This document shows positions 18,035 to 27,639 of a DNA stretch of 64,000 nucleotides, piece by piece. How positions within the stretch are numbered: position 1 is the stretch's first letter; every line of letters starts with the position of its first letter. The notes below the pieces were generated by a model. The model made no database searches and was not told the origin of the DNA. It saw only the letters and a list, made by a program, of their open reading frames with translations. The position numbers were made by a program, and so were the translations under genes. Location of the stretch: NCBI GenBank assembly GCA_016839585.1, contig JAEOTZ010000072.1, forward strand, positions 32,001 to 96,000, in the 5' to 3' direction. Origin of the DNA: Promethearchaeota archaeon (lineage in GTDB: Archaea; Asgardarchaeota; Lokiarchaeia; Sigyniarchaeales; SOKP01).

Positions 18035-20122
18035 ATGACTCATTTTTTTGAAGTAATAAGTACAAAGGTTGGTTATTCAAGAATAGGACGGGTTTTAATA
18101 TCTAAAAAACCTAAAATTTATGGCAAAACACCTAATATCCTTATTCCTATAAGAAATGTTTTAATGCATCAATTAGATTTTATAGAACAATTTGAAAACC
18201 ATGATTTTTTCGTAATTACTAAAGAAATTTTTTTAAAAATTAGTTTTATCAGGGATAAATTCAAAAAAACAGGATTTATTTTTACTCACACAGGGAAATT
18301 AGAAAGATTTCAACAAATACTAGTTGAAAATTCAGATATTTTTTTTGAGGATAATATAATATCAATAATTCCATTTAATATTCCAACTACAATTATTAAT
18401 AAGGATTTTGTTCATAAGGAAATTGAAAATTATATTAATTCTGCTGAAAAAATTCTAAAAAATAATCCGAATCTTAATTTTGGTATAACTATAAAAATAT
18501 TTGATTACCCTAAATTAGTTAATCTATATTTTCCACTGATAAGAAATAATGAAAATATCAAAATATTAAATTTAGCGGATATCTTCGATAATTTTAGCTA
18601 CTTCAGGAACATAATCGGACTTCTTGGCGAAATTAAAACACATTTAGATAATAATATTATTATAATGGCTTCTGGTAGGGTAATTCCTAAATTTTATCCA
18701 ATTTTAATATACCTTGGAGTCGATCTAATAGATAGTTCTTATTTAATGTATTTATCAGGAGAAAATTTCTATGATTCGATAGAATACTTGTTACCAATCT
18801 ATAAAATAAAATTTTTACCTTGTTCTTGCGTTGCGTGTCAAGGAAAATTAAAGAATTTATTAGAAGATAAATATTCATCCGAAAAAATTGATCTACTTTG
18901 TTTACATAATTTAATATCAGCGTTTAATTATATGAAAAAAATCAAACAGTATATATCTTATGAAGATTTTAGAGCATTTGTCGAAAAATCTTCTCTAGAT
19001 GATACTAATGTAATTTCAATTCTAAAAGTTTTAGATAAATCTTATTTTGACCTCATAAGATACGAGACGCCAATAGTCCAAGAAAATAAAATTGTTAAAT
19101 GTTTTGGACCCTCATCATATTATAGACCGGATTTCCAAGAATTTAGAGTAAGAACCATAGAAAATTTTGAACCAGAGCCATGGACTAGACTAATTATATT
19201 ACTTCCATGTTCTGCTAAAAAACCATATTCAGAATCTAAGTCACATAAATTATTTCATAAAGCAATTAGAAAATTTTCAGAATTTCCCCATTTCCAAGAA
19301 TTTATTTTAACTTCACCTTTAGGGATTATACCAAGACAATTAGAAAATATTTATCCTGTTAATTCATATGATATTTCAGTTACTGGAGAATGGGATAATG
19401 AAGAACTTAATATTACTGTAGAAATGCTTGTGAAAATATTAGAGAAATATAATAAAGATATTCCAATAATTTGTCATCTTGAAAATGGTTATCTTGAAAT
19501 TGCCAAGAAAGCAACTTCAAAGTTAGAGCACAATTTTATCTTTTCTAAAATATATGGAAGAACAACTTCTAAAGAATCACTTCAATCTTTGGAGAATTTA
19601 ATTAAAGAACAAAAAGATAAGTACATAGTAAACGAAAGTCTTCCAAGAAAAGATTTTATCTCAAAAACCTGGATAAGAAAGTTCATAAAAATATTAGATT
19701 ATCAGTTTGGTCCAGGTTCAGGAGTAAAAATTATTTCTAGTGGGATAGTTCTAAAGAAGAATAAAGCTTCTACTCAAATTAGCTTAATAAACTCTAATAA
19801 GAATGAAGAAATAGGTGTTTTTAAATTCAAAACTGGACAAATTAGCTTAAACCTTAAAGGAATCATTCAAATTACTCAAGATCCAAGTTCTATTAAATCC
19901 AATTATATTATGTTTGATGGAGAAGAGATTATGGGAAACACATTATTTCGAGCAGGAATTTTAAATTGGAGTTCTGATCTAATCCCAAATAATCATGTTA
20001 TCATCCTTGATAAAAAGAAAAAGAATATAATTGCAATAGGAGAGCTGTTAGTAGGGTCAAATTTTATCAAAAATTCAAAAGCAGGAAGGATAGTAAAAAT
20101 TTATGAAAAAGCACAATTCTAA
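18035..20122 (+). CDS. arcS: Archaeosine synthase subunit alpha (ArcS)
   Basis: Degenerate TGT barrel (CSCVAC, HN), LLPCSAKKPYSESKSH, TSPLGIIPR, C-terminal PUA-like domain. Confidence 0.88.
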   Translation: MTHFFEVISTKVGYSRIGRVLISKKPKIYGKTPNILIPIRNVLMHQLDFIEQFENHDFFVITKEIFLKISFIRDKFKKTGFIFTHTGKLERFQQILVENSDIFFEDNIISIIPFNIPTTIINKDFVHKEIENYINSAEKILKNNPNLNFGITIKIFDYPKLVNLYFPLIRNNENIKILNLADIFDNFSYFRNIIGLLGEIKTHLDNNIIIMASGRVIPKFYPILIYLGVDLIDSSYLMYLSGENFYDSIEYLLPIYKIKFLPCSCVACQGKLKNLLEDKYSSEKIDLLCLHNLISAFNYMKKIKQYISYEDFRAFVEKSSLDDTNVISILKVLDKSYFDLIRYETPIVQENKIVKCFGPSSYYRPDFQEFRVRTIENFEPEPWTRLIILLPCSAKKPYSESKSHKLFHKAIRKFSEFPHFQEFILTSPLGIIPRQLENIYPVNSYDISVTGEWDNEELNITVEMLVKILEKYNKDIPIICHLENGYLEIAKKATSKLEHNFIFSKIYGRTTSKESLQSLENLIKEQKDKYIVNESLPRKDFISKTWIRKFIKILDYQFGPGSGVKIISSGIVLKKNKASTQISLINSNKNEEIGVFKFKTGQISLNLKGIIQITQDPSSIKSNYIMFDGEEIMGNTLFRAGILNWSSDLIPNNHVIILDKKKKNIIAIGELLVGSNFIKNSKAGRIVKIYEKAQF

Positions 20123-21203
20123 AATTACCTATAATGAATCATTGACCGAAAAAATATTTTTTTATAGGCAACAAACCTTAAAAAGAAAGAAAAAATACGA
20201 TCAAGAGCAATTAAACAAGCCAATTACTTTTTGGATAAAAAAGGAAAGACTTTTAGGTGAAATTGGGAAGGAATTCACTATTATTTTGAGAACTAGAGGA
20301 TGTGATTGGGCATTAGGAGCTCATGGTGGATGCTCAATGTGCGGTTATATTAAAGACGCTAATATAGAAAATGTTGCTCCTACGCAAATAAAAAATCAGT
20401 TTGATTATGCTCTAAGTAATAAATTAAATGAAATCAATAAAGATACTGATAATTACGTTTTAAAATTATTTAATTCTGGTAGTTTTCTTGATGAGGGTGA
20501 AATAAGTGAAAATGTTCGAAGATATATTTATGAAAAAATCGCAAGCATAGGAAAAATTAAAGAGGTTGTTTTGGAATCAAGAGTAGAGTATATAACTCCA
20601 GATAAACTCATTGAAATAAAGCGATATTTAAAAAATAAATATCTTGAGATTGGAATAGGACTTGAAGCCATAGATGATTACATAAGAAATAATTATATCA
20701 ATAAGGGGCTTTTATTTAGTGATTTTAAAAATGCTATTCAAATATGTAAAGAACATAATATTGGGGTAAAAGCATATTTATTATTTAAACCTCCATTCGT
20801 AAATGAACAAGGAGCAATGGATGACTGTGAAAATTCAATAAAAGAATTAATAGAATTAAAAGTAAATTCTATATCAATAAATCCTTTAAATATTCAAAAA
20901 GGCACATTTACGGAATTTTTATGGTTTCAAAAAAGATATAGACCACCATGGTATTACTCACTATTTAAATGTTTAAAAAGATCATTATCACAAGAGGATT
21001 TAAAAACAGTGAGAATTTTATCTGATCCTTCAGGAGCAGGAACTAAAAGGGGGATTCATAATTGTCTAAAGAGGGAATGTGAGAGCTCTGCCAAAGAAGT
21101 TTTAAGAAAGTTTGTTCTTACTCAAGATTTAAGAGAATTAGATAAAGAGACATTTGATTGTAACTGTAAAAAAAAGTATAAAATGCAAAAATCTTATTAT
21201 TGA
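20103..21203 (+). CDS. raSEA: Archaeosine biosynthesis radical SAM enzyme (RaSEA)
   Basis: LRTRGC.W.....GCSMCGY, SGSFLD, YLLFKP, YRPPW, RGIHNC; overlaps arcS. Confidence 0.9.
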   Translation: MKKHNSKITYNESLTEKIFFYRQQTLKRKKKYDQEQLNKPITFWIKKERLLGEIGKEFTIILRTRGCDWALGAHGGCSMCGYIKDANIENVAPTQIKNQFDYALSNKLNEINKDTDNYVLKLFNSGSFLDEGEISENVRRYIYEKIASIGKIKEVVLESRVEYITPDKLIEIKRYLKNKYLEIGIGLEAIDDYIRNNYINKGLLFSDFKNAIQICKEHNIGVKAYLLFKPPFVNEQGAMDDCENSIKELIELKVNSISINPLNIQKGTFTEFLWFQKRYRPPWYYSLFKCLKRSLSQEDLKTVRILSDPSGAGTKRGIHNCLKRECESSAKEVLRKFVLTQDLRELDKETFDCNCKKKYKMQKSYY

Positions 21204-21344
21204 ACATCTCTATTTCATGATTAGTTTTTTTTGTCATAAGGGGAATTGCCATTTTTGTAATTTATTATCAAAAAAACCATTATATTTAAATAATAACCAC
21301 CAATGTTTTATTTTATATTTGAATTACTAAGCTAGGCATTACGC

Positions 21345-21593
21345 TTGAAAAACTGGGTTAAATTAAATCTATTTTATGTTGGCAAATCAAAAAAGCATTA
21401 TATTTTTAGAGCAAAACAATGGAATAGAAAATTAGAAAAATTGTTAAAGCAATCACTTTTTAATGAAAAATATGAGAAGATTGGATATATTAAAGATATA
21501 TTTGGCCCATTTGAATTACCATTTCTTTCAATAAAAACCTTACCCGGTCAGCAATTTGACCCTAATGATAAATTTTATGCTAATTTGACCTAG
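21345..21593 (+). CDS. gar1: H/ACA RNP protein Gar1
   Basis: KIGYIKDIFGP...P motif; conserved gar1-tfb adjacency. Confidence 0.82.
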   Translation: MKNWVKLNLFYVGKSKKHYIFRAKQWNRKLEKLLKQSLFNEKYEKIGYIKDIFGPFELPFLSIKTLPGQQFDPNDKFYANLT

Positions 21594-21640
21594 ATTTTTA
21601 AAGATCTTTTTAAAAAATGTTTTAAAATAAGGTGTAATCG

Positions 21641-22612
21641 ATTTCAAGTTGGAAAGAACTTAACGCAGAAGTAGAGGAGAACTTAAGTATAGAAAATAAT
21701 AACTGTACAGAATGCGGAAAAAATATTTTTTTTGATGAAAATAGAGGATTATTAGTTTGTGAAGAATGTGGTTTAGTTCACTCCGAGAAACATATTGATC
21801 GGGGCCCAGAATGGAGAGCCTTTGATGCAGATCAGAAAAAGAAAAGAACTAGGACTGGCGCACCCATGACTTACATGATACATGATAAAGGACTTAGCAC
21901 TATGATTGACTGGAAAAATCGAGACATTTTTGGAAAAGAAATTCCTGCTAAATTACGAGGTCAGATATTTCGGCTTCGGAAATGGCAGTCTCGGATTAGA
22001 GTATCTAACGCAACTGAAAGAAATCTCACTTTTGCTCTAAGTGAACTTGATCGAATGGCTTCAAATCTTGATCTTCAAAAAAATCTAAGAGAATGTTCAG
22101 CAAAAATTTATCGCGATGCTGTTGAAGCTCATCTTATCCGGGGTAGAAGTATAGAGGGTGTAGCAGCTGCTAGTTTATATGCTGCTTGTAGAATGTATAA
22201 AGTACCTCGAACACTTAATGAAATTGCTGATGTAGCACGCGTAGATAAGAAAGAAATTGGTAGATCTTTCAGATTTATCTCTAATGAATTAGAGTTAAAT
22301 TTAAATCCAACCAAACCAATAGATTTTCTTACAAGATTTATCTCTGAACTCAAATTAAGCACAAGATGCCAAAAAATAGCAAAAACAATTATTCGAATGG
22401 CAGAAGAACATGGTTTAACTTCTGGTAGAGGTCCAACAGGAGTATGTGCTGCAACTATTTATGCTGCGAGTATCTTAACGAAAGAAAGAAGAACTCAAAG
22501 AAGGATTGCTCTTATAACAGGGGTAACAGAGGTAACTGTTCGGAATAGATTTTCTGAACTTATAGAAAATATAAATCTAGGTATATCCTTAAAGAGAAAT
22601 AATAAATTATAA
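21641..22612 (+). CDS. tfb: Transcription initiation factor IIB (TFB), extended upstream to an ATT start
   Basis: In-frame upstream zinc ribbon CTECG...CEECG and B-reader ID.GPEWRAF; cyclin repeats [16 protein letters not shown]; in-frame TAA lies two codons before the ATT. Confidence 0.95.
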   Translation: MSSWKELNAEVEENLSIENNNCTECGKNIFFDENRGLLVCEECGLVHSEKHIDRGPEWRAFDADQKKKRTRTGAPMTYMIHDKGLSTMIDWKNRDIFGKEIPAKLRGQIFRLRKWQSRIRVSNATERNLTFALSELDRMASNLDLQKNLRECSAKIYRDAVEAHLIRGRSIEGVAAASLYAACRMYKVPRTLNEIADVARVDKKEIGRSFRFISNELELNLNPTKPIDFLTRFISELKLSTRCQKIAKTIIRMAEEHGLTSGRGPTGVCAATIYAASILTKERRTQRRIALITGVTEVTVRNRFSELIENINLGISLKRNNKL

Positions 22613-22700
22613 TTTAGAGCTAATTAATGTTAACTTTTTATAAGTTAAGAAATTATAGTTTATTTTATAGAGAAAATTTAAAGATATAGCAATTTAAATT

Positions 22701-23294
22701 ATGAAAGAAGAATTAAGATCCAATGGAAAACCAAGACTGCCACCTGGTCAACATATTGCTAAACGATTCCCCATTCTCCAAAAAGGAAGTGTAGTTCATC
22801 TTGATAGAGAAACATATAAATTAACTTTAGAGGGAGAAATTGAAAATCCTATGACTTTTACACTTCAAGATCTTGAAAATCTAGAAGATAAAGAAATTGT
22901 TGCAGATATTCATTGCGTCACATCTTGGAGCAAATTTAATACAAAATGGGGTGGAATTTCTTTTTCAACGCTTTTTAAAATTTTAAACCCAAAAGAAGTT
23001 GCTCATTTTGTTGAATTTTACTGTGCAGATGAAGGTTTTACAACCACAGTTCCTATTGAAAGGTTAAAAGCAGATAATGCTATTTTAGCATTAACTTATG
23101 AAGGGCTTCCTATAAATAATCAACATGGAGGACCTGTACGCCCAATTATTCCAGATTTATATTTATATAAAAGTGCAAAATGGGTTATAAAAATAATGTT
23201 TCTCAAGGAAGATAGATTGGGGTATTGGGAAAGAGGAGGGTATAGCAATAAAGCAGATCCATGGAAGGAACAACGCTACAGTTATCATGATTAA
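22701..23294 (+). CDS. Molybdopterin-dependent oxidoreductase (sulfite oxidase/YuiH-like)
   Basis: RLPPGQ, DIHCVTSWS, HGGPVR, KSAKW, GYWERGGYS. Confidence 0.92.
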   Translation: MKEELRSNGKPRLPPGQHIAKRFPILQKGSVVHLDRETYKLTLEGEIENPMTFTLQDLENLEDKEIVADIHCVTSWSKFNTKWGGISFSTLFKILNPKEVAHFVEFYCADEGFTTTVPIERLKADNAILALTYEGLPINNQHGGPVRPIIPDLYLYKSAKWVIKIMFLKEDRLGYWERGGYSNKADPWKEQRYSYHD

Positions 23295-23446
23295 TATCCA
23301 ATTACGAAACATAATATAATTTTCATAAATTTGAAATAATTATTCTGAGTTAAATCATAATATCTTCATAATATAGCATTTAATGACTGAATTTTCTTAT
23401 TTTTAACCTATCAATTCGATCAAATTGATAGGAAAGGTGTTAAAGA

Positions 23447-23782
23447 TTGGATGATCTAATAAAACAGGATGAGGTAAACTATTTCTTATATAGGATAGAA
23501 AAAAAGTTTCCTAATTTTATAGCAGGTATTATAACCGACAAACATGGATTTCCTGTCGCTTCATCTATTTCAAAAAGACTTTGGATCCTCGAAAATACAT
23601 TAGCACTATCAGCAGTTACTAAAAATAGAGACTTTATTAATGATTCTAAGCTTATCAAAATTAAAAAAGATTTAGATAAATCAAAAAATTATAAACTCTT
23701 AATCTTATTAGAGAAGACAAAAGATTACAAGAGTCGGATAAAGCCATTGAAAGATTTAATTAAAACGCAAACACTTTTTTAA
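23447..23782 (+). CDS. Divergent roadblock-like protein
   Basis: GIITDKHGFPVAS motif; adjacent to a roadblock protein. Confidence 0.6.
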   Translation: MDDLIKQDEVNYFLYRIEKKFPNFIAGIITDKHGFPVASSISKRLWILENTLALSAVTKNRDFINDSKLIKIKKDLDKSKNYKLLILLEKTKDYKSRIKPLKDLIKTQTLF

Positions 23783-23995
23783 TCGTTTTATTTGTGGTAA
23801 AGAAAGTTAAGCAATTTATATTACAGACTGGATGAAAACAAATTACTTACTTAAATTTTTAAATAAAAAATTTCATTATCTATTAGAATTGCTATAAGCA
23901 CAAATATCAAGTTTAGTTTAAATAATTAATTTACAATATGAAGAAAGCTTTTGATAAAAAATAATGAATTAATGATTGTTTAGGTTGACAAATTA

Positions 23996-24457
23996 GTGAG
24001 CTATTCTGAAGATGAACTTAGATTAAAAAAAATTTTAACCACAATTATAAATAGTACTTCTGGTTTGAAGTATGTTATAATAATTGATGATACAGGAATA
24101 ACTATCCTAAGTCAATCTAAATTTAAGTTTTCTAATGAAAATGGTATCTCTGTTGAAAAGATTGGGGCAATCGGGGGGGCTGTTTTTATTGCTGGAGAGG
24201 AACAAGGCCAAATTCTTGGGTATGGAAAAATTGACCTACAAATTACTGAATATTATGGGGGAATGATTTTTTCAGCTAAAGTTGGTAAAGGAGTGTTGTG
24301 TATTATTACTGACAAGAATGTTCAAATCGGTTTTATACGTGCCATCATGAAGAAATGGGCTCCTCAAATTGCTAAAATATTACATAGATACTTACAGGCT
24401 GAGCCCAAGGAGATTAGTAAAGAAATTAGAGAGTTATTTAATCAGCACGTTGTTTAA
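23996..24457 (+). CDS. Roadblock/LC7-domain protein
   Basis: VIIIDDTGITILS, IGAIGGAVF, ITEYYGGMIF, IGFIR. Confidence 0.85.
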   Translation: MSYSEDELRLKKILTTIINSTSGLKYVIIIDDTGITILSQSKFKFSNENGISVEKIGAIGGAVFIAGEEQGQILGYGKIDLQITEYYGGMIFSAKVGKGVLCIITDKNVQIGFIRAIMKKWAPQIAKILHRYLQAEPKEISKEIRELFNQHVV

Positions 24458-24459
24458 AA

Positions 24460-24770
24460 TCAGCATATTATTGTTGCCTAAAACACTAACACATTTTTCT
24501 CATTTAACGGATATACCATAAAATTGATAATGTTCTCTCGTGTTAGGCGTTAATTTATATGCCTTCTTGGGACCATAATCATGTACCCTGCCTGGGTATA
24601 CTGGCGATAACCTCATAGCATGGTCTTTACCTTTGCTTGGTTAAGAGCCCATTTTTACAGGATTAGTATTGATTATTAAACTCTGGCTGTCAGCATTACT
24701 ATGCACTTCATAATCATCTTTTTTCATATGAGTCCTCGAAAATGCCTTTATTCCATCATTGTTGTCCCAT
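24460..24770 (-). ncRNA. Candidate structured ncRNA with box C/D-like motifs
   Basis: GC-enriched ~310-nt gap with no ORF-track ORF; several hairpins; AUGAUGG near the 5' end; two AUGCUGA; TATA-like element upstream. Confidence 0.4.
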
Positions 24771-24817
24771 TATAATAGTATAAAGACTTAATTAAAAATT
24801 TTTCTTAACTTATTTTC

Positions 24818-25570
24818 TTAATCGTTCTTAATTATCTCACGAATTTTATCATAAGATCCTAACAATTCTAAAACTTGGGTATCATTTAGTCCTTCTTTAG
24901 GTTCTCCTTCATAAAGACTCTTTCCATTATCTAATACGAGCATTTTTTTTGCCCAGTTCTCAACAAAAAAGAGGTTGTGTGTCGTAAACAAAATAGTCAT
25001 ATTTTCTTCTCTCTTTAAATTCTCTATAATTTTAAGGTGATTATATATTGCATTGAAATCAAGATTGGCAAATGGTTCATCCAATATCAACAATTTAGGC
25101 TTTAATACTAGTAAACCTGCTAAAGCAGCTCGTTTCTTTTGGCCCCAAGATAAATTAAATGGAGAATAATCCTTAAACTCAATTAAATTAACTGCTTGCA
25201 AAGCCCACAATACGCGCTTTTTTACCTCTTTTTCATCTAATTTTAAATTTCTTGCACCAAAACCTATATCCTCTTCGATTGTTGGAGCAAATAACTGATC
25301 ATCTGGATTTTGGAATAAAAATCCAATTTTTTGTCTAATCTCCCATAATTCTTTTTTATTTCTTGTAAGTGGTTCATTAAAAATCTTAATAAACCCAGAT
25401 TCAGGTTTCAATAAACCAACCAACAATCTTAATAAAGTAGTTTTCCCCGAACCATTGTTCCCTGTTAATGCATATATGGAATTCTCTTCGATTTTAAGTG
25501 AGAGATTTTGAATTTTAAATCCAGAATTATAACTAAAATTCACATTTTCAACCTCTACGGCAAAAATAAT
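24818..25570 (-). CDS. cbiO: ECF transporter ATPase (CbiO/NikO); probable ATT start upstream of the track GTG (25543)
   Basis: GNNGSGKTT, FQNPDDQLF, LSWGQKKR, LDEP; in-frame AVEVENV upstream. Confidence 0.92.
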   Translation of the reverse strand: MIFAVEVENVNFSYNSGFKIQNLSLKIEENSIYALTGNNGSGKTTLLRLLVGLLKPESGFIKIFNEPLTRNKKELWEIRQKIGFLFQNPDDQLFAPTIEEDIGFGARNLKLDEKEVKKRVLWALQAVNLIEFKDYSPFNLSWGQKKRAALAGLLVLKPKLLILDEPFANLDFNAIYNHLKIIENLKREENMTILFTTHNLFFVENWAKKMLVLDNGKSLYEGEPKEGLNDTQVLELLGSYDKIREIIKND

Positions 25571-26358
25571 GAAATAACCCCCTGATATATAAATTCTAAA
25601 TTAATAAAATAAATTAATAGAATTACTGTTATTATATAAAAAGTTAATAGGGTGAAATCATGAAACTTAACCCTTTTTGTTGCAAATGTTATCTTTCCCG
25701 AAAAACCTCTCATCTTTAGACTTTCAAATAACTTTTCACTTCGTTCCATGTTCAATATAATACTTTTTCCCATTATATAAGCATGTATCTTTAATTTTTG
25801 CCAATAAGTTGTGATCTTTTTACCTCTCATTTCCTGTGCTTCTAATATTTTCTTATTTGAGCTTGCCAGTATTGGAATATAATGAAGCATAATTACAAAA
25901 GATCCAATTAAGAATGCGGGAATTCTTAATTTCGTTAATGCTTCTATGAACTCTGAATAAGTTAATGTTGAGAAAAAGGACATGAATACAAATAATGCTC
26001 CAAAGACTCTTAAAAAAATTAGGAAAGCTAAAGATAAACCTTCTTTGTATATATTAATTTTAATCCCAATTTTTAATTGATAAATAATGTTGTCGCCAAC
26101 ATATAAAGGAATAAACAATGTAATTAAAAGAACAAATGGAATGATAACTGTAAATCTAGAGAGAATCTTTAAAATATTTAATCGAAAAATTAGATTGAAA
26201 ATTAAAGTAAGTATCAAAATTGTGAATATTAGGTAAATATTGTTAATAAAAAGAAAAGGTAATACGAGAATAAAAGGTAAAATTAAGCGAACTAAAGGAT
26301 GGATTTTATTCAAATAAGTTTTTTCATTTTCATGGCGAAATGGTAATGTAGTTTTCAA
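25555..26358 (-). CDS. cbiQ: ECF transporter T component (CbiQ/NikQ)
   Basis: Hydrophobic; AQEMRG and SLKMRGF X-R-X motifs. Confidence 0.9.
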   Translation of the reverse strand: MKTTLPFRHENEKTYLNKIHPLVRLILPFILVLPFLFINNIYLIFTILILTLIFNLIFRLNILKILSRFTVIIPFVLLITLFIPLYVGDNIIYQLKIGIKINIYKEGLSLAFLIFLRVFGALFVFMSFFSTLTYSEFIEALTKLRIPAFLIGSFVIMLHYIPILASSNKKILEAQEMRGKKITTYWQKLKIHAYIMGKSIILNMERSEKLFESLKMRGFSGKITFATKRVKFHDFTLLTFYIITVILLIYFINLEFIYQGVISLFLP

Positions 26359-26403
26359 GATTGTATCAGCAAGCCAGTCAGAATTTGATGTTCATACTGG
26401 AAT

Positions 26404-26439
26404 ATAATTTAGTAATATTTTATAATAATACTAAATTAT
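26404..26439. promoter_or_regulatory. Inverted repeat (candidate operator) in the divergent cbiQO/cbiM promoter
   Basis: ATAATTTAGTA-N14-TACTAAATTAT, with further inner pairing. Confidence 0.5.
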
Positions 26440-26508
26440 GGGATAATAATATTCATTATAAAAAAAATTAATCATTATAATTAAAAATTAAGAAAAGGTG
26501 AAAATAAT

Positions 26509-27180
26509 ATTCATATACCTGATGGATTACTTAATCCCATGACGTTAATTACCCTTTCAATTGTTGTTATGATAGTAATGATTCTTGGATTTTTCAAGAT
26601 GGGTAAAGTTTTTGAAAACGAAGATTCTGAAAAATTAATACCATATATTGGTGTATTGGCAGCTGTAATATTTGCTTTTCAATTTGTAAATTATCCTGTT
26701 CCTGGAGGTACATCAGGTCATTTAGTGGGAGGAACTTTAGTTGCAGTTATATTAGGTCCATGGGCATCTGTTATTGTATTGTTTTTAATTTTAGTTGTGC
26801 AAAGTTTATTTGGAGATGGGGGAATTACTGCTTTAGGAGCAAATACTTTCAATATGGGAATAATTGGAGGTATTGTTGGATTTTATATTGTAGTGTTTAT
26901 TGTAAGACTATTGAATAATACATCAATTAAAAAAGAAATGAAAGTTTCAATTGCCACTGCGATTGGATCTTATATTGCTATAGTGTTAGCCTCACTTATC
27001 TGTGGTATTGAATTAGGTTTTTCTGGAGAAATTCCTTTTAAAATTGCTATTCCTGCGATGGTTTACTGGCATATTTTTATAGGCATAGGAGAAGCAATCA
27101 TCTCTGCTTTGATTATATTTTATATATATAAGACAAAGCCAGATTTTATAACAACAGAATTAATGTTGGGGGTAAAATAA
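26509..27180 (+). CDS. cbiM: ECF substrate component CbiM/NikM, ATT start
   Basis: In-frame (ATT)-HIPDGLL N-terminus, GTSGHLVGG, GDGGITALGAN, HIFIGIGEA. Confidence 0.94.
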   Translation: MHIPDGLLNPMTLITLSIVVMIVMILGFFKMGKVFENEDSEKLIPYIGVLAAVIFAFQFVNYPVPGGTSGHLVGGTLVAVILGPWASVIVLFLILVVQSLFGDGGITALGANTFNMGIIGGIVGFYIVVFIVRLLNNTSIKKEMKVSIATAIGSYIAIVLASLICGIELGFSGEIPFKIAIPAMVYWHIFIGIGEAIISALIIFYIYKTKPDFITTELMLGVK

Positions 27181-27183
27181 AAG

Positions 27184-27489
27184 ATGAGTGTTATCAATAA
27201 ATATAAATGGCCAATTCTTTCAGTATTTGTAATTGTTGGTGTATTAATGGTTATGATAGCTGTTGGATTCGCAATAGGAATTTTATCAGAAGACCCAGAT
27301 GGATTAGAAAGAGTATTAATTGATGAAAAAGATGAATCATGGTTAGAGAATTTAGCATCTCCTTGGGAACCAATATTGAGTTGGATAACAAGTGATTATG
27401 GAGCAGGCATTTTAGGGATTCTTATTTCTATTACTACTATGATTTCAGTTTTCTACGTTATAATTTATTATAAAAAAAAGAATCCGTAA
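27184..27489 (+). CDS. PDGLE-domain auxiliary ECF subunit (CbiN/NikN-like)
   Basis: Two TM helices flanking DPDGLE. Confidence 0.88.
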   Translation: MSVINKYKWPILSVFVIVGVLMVMIAVGFAIGILSEDPDGLERVLIDEKDESWLENLASPWEPILSWITSDYGAGILGILISITTMISVFYVIIYYKKKNP

Positions 27490-27639
27490 TTAGTATAAAA
27501 TTTTTTTTCCTATTATTTTTTTAAAAAGATTGATTTAATTCTCTTTTTATTTCTGAATTTTTAATCTAATAAAATAATGCCAAATTAATTAGAGAGTAAT
27601 TTCTATTTAATATATTAGAAATTACTTTTTAATTTTTTT

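Noticed and set aside
24434-24616. Possible selenoprotein ORF on the minus strand (…VK-TGA-EKC, a UxxC-like pattern)
   Set aside because: No recognisable fold, no identifiable SECIS, and it overlaps the 3' end of the roadblock gene; likely chance.
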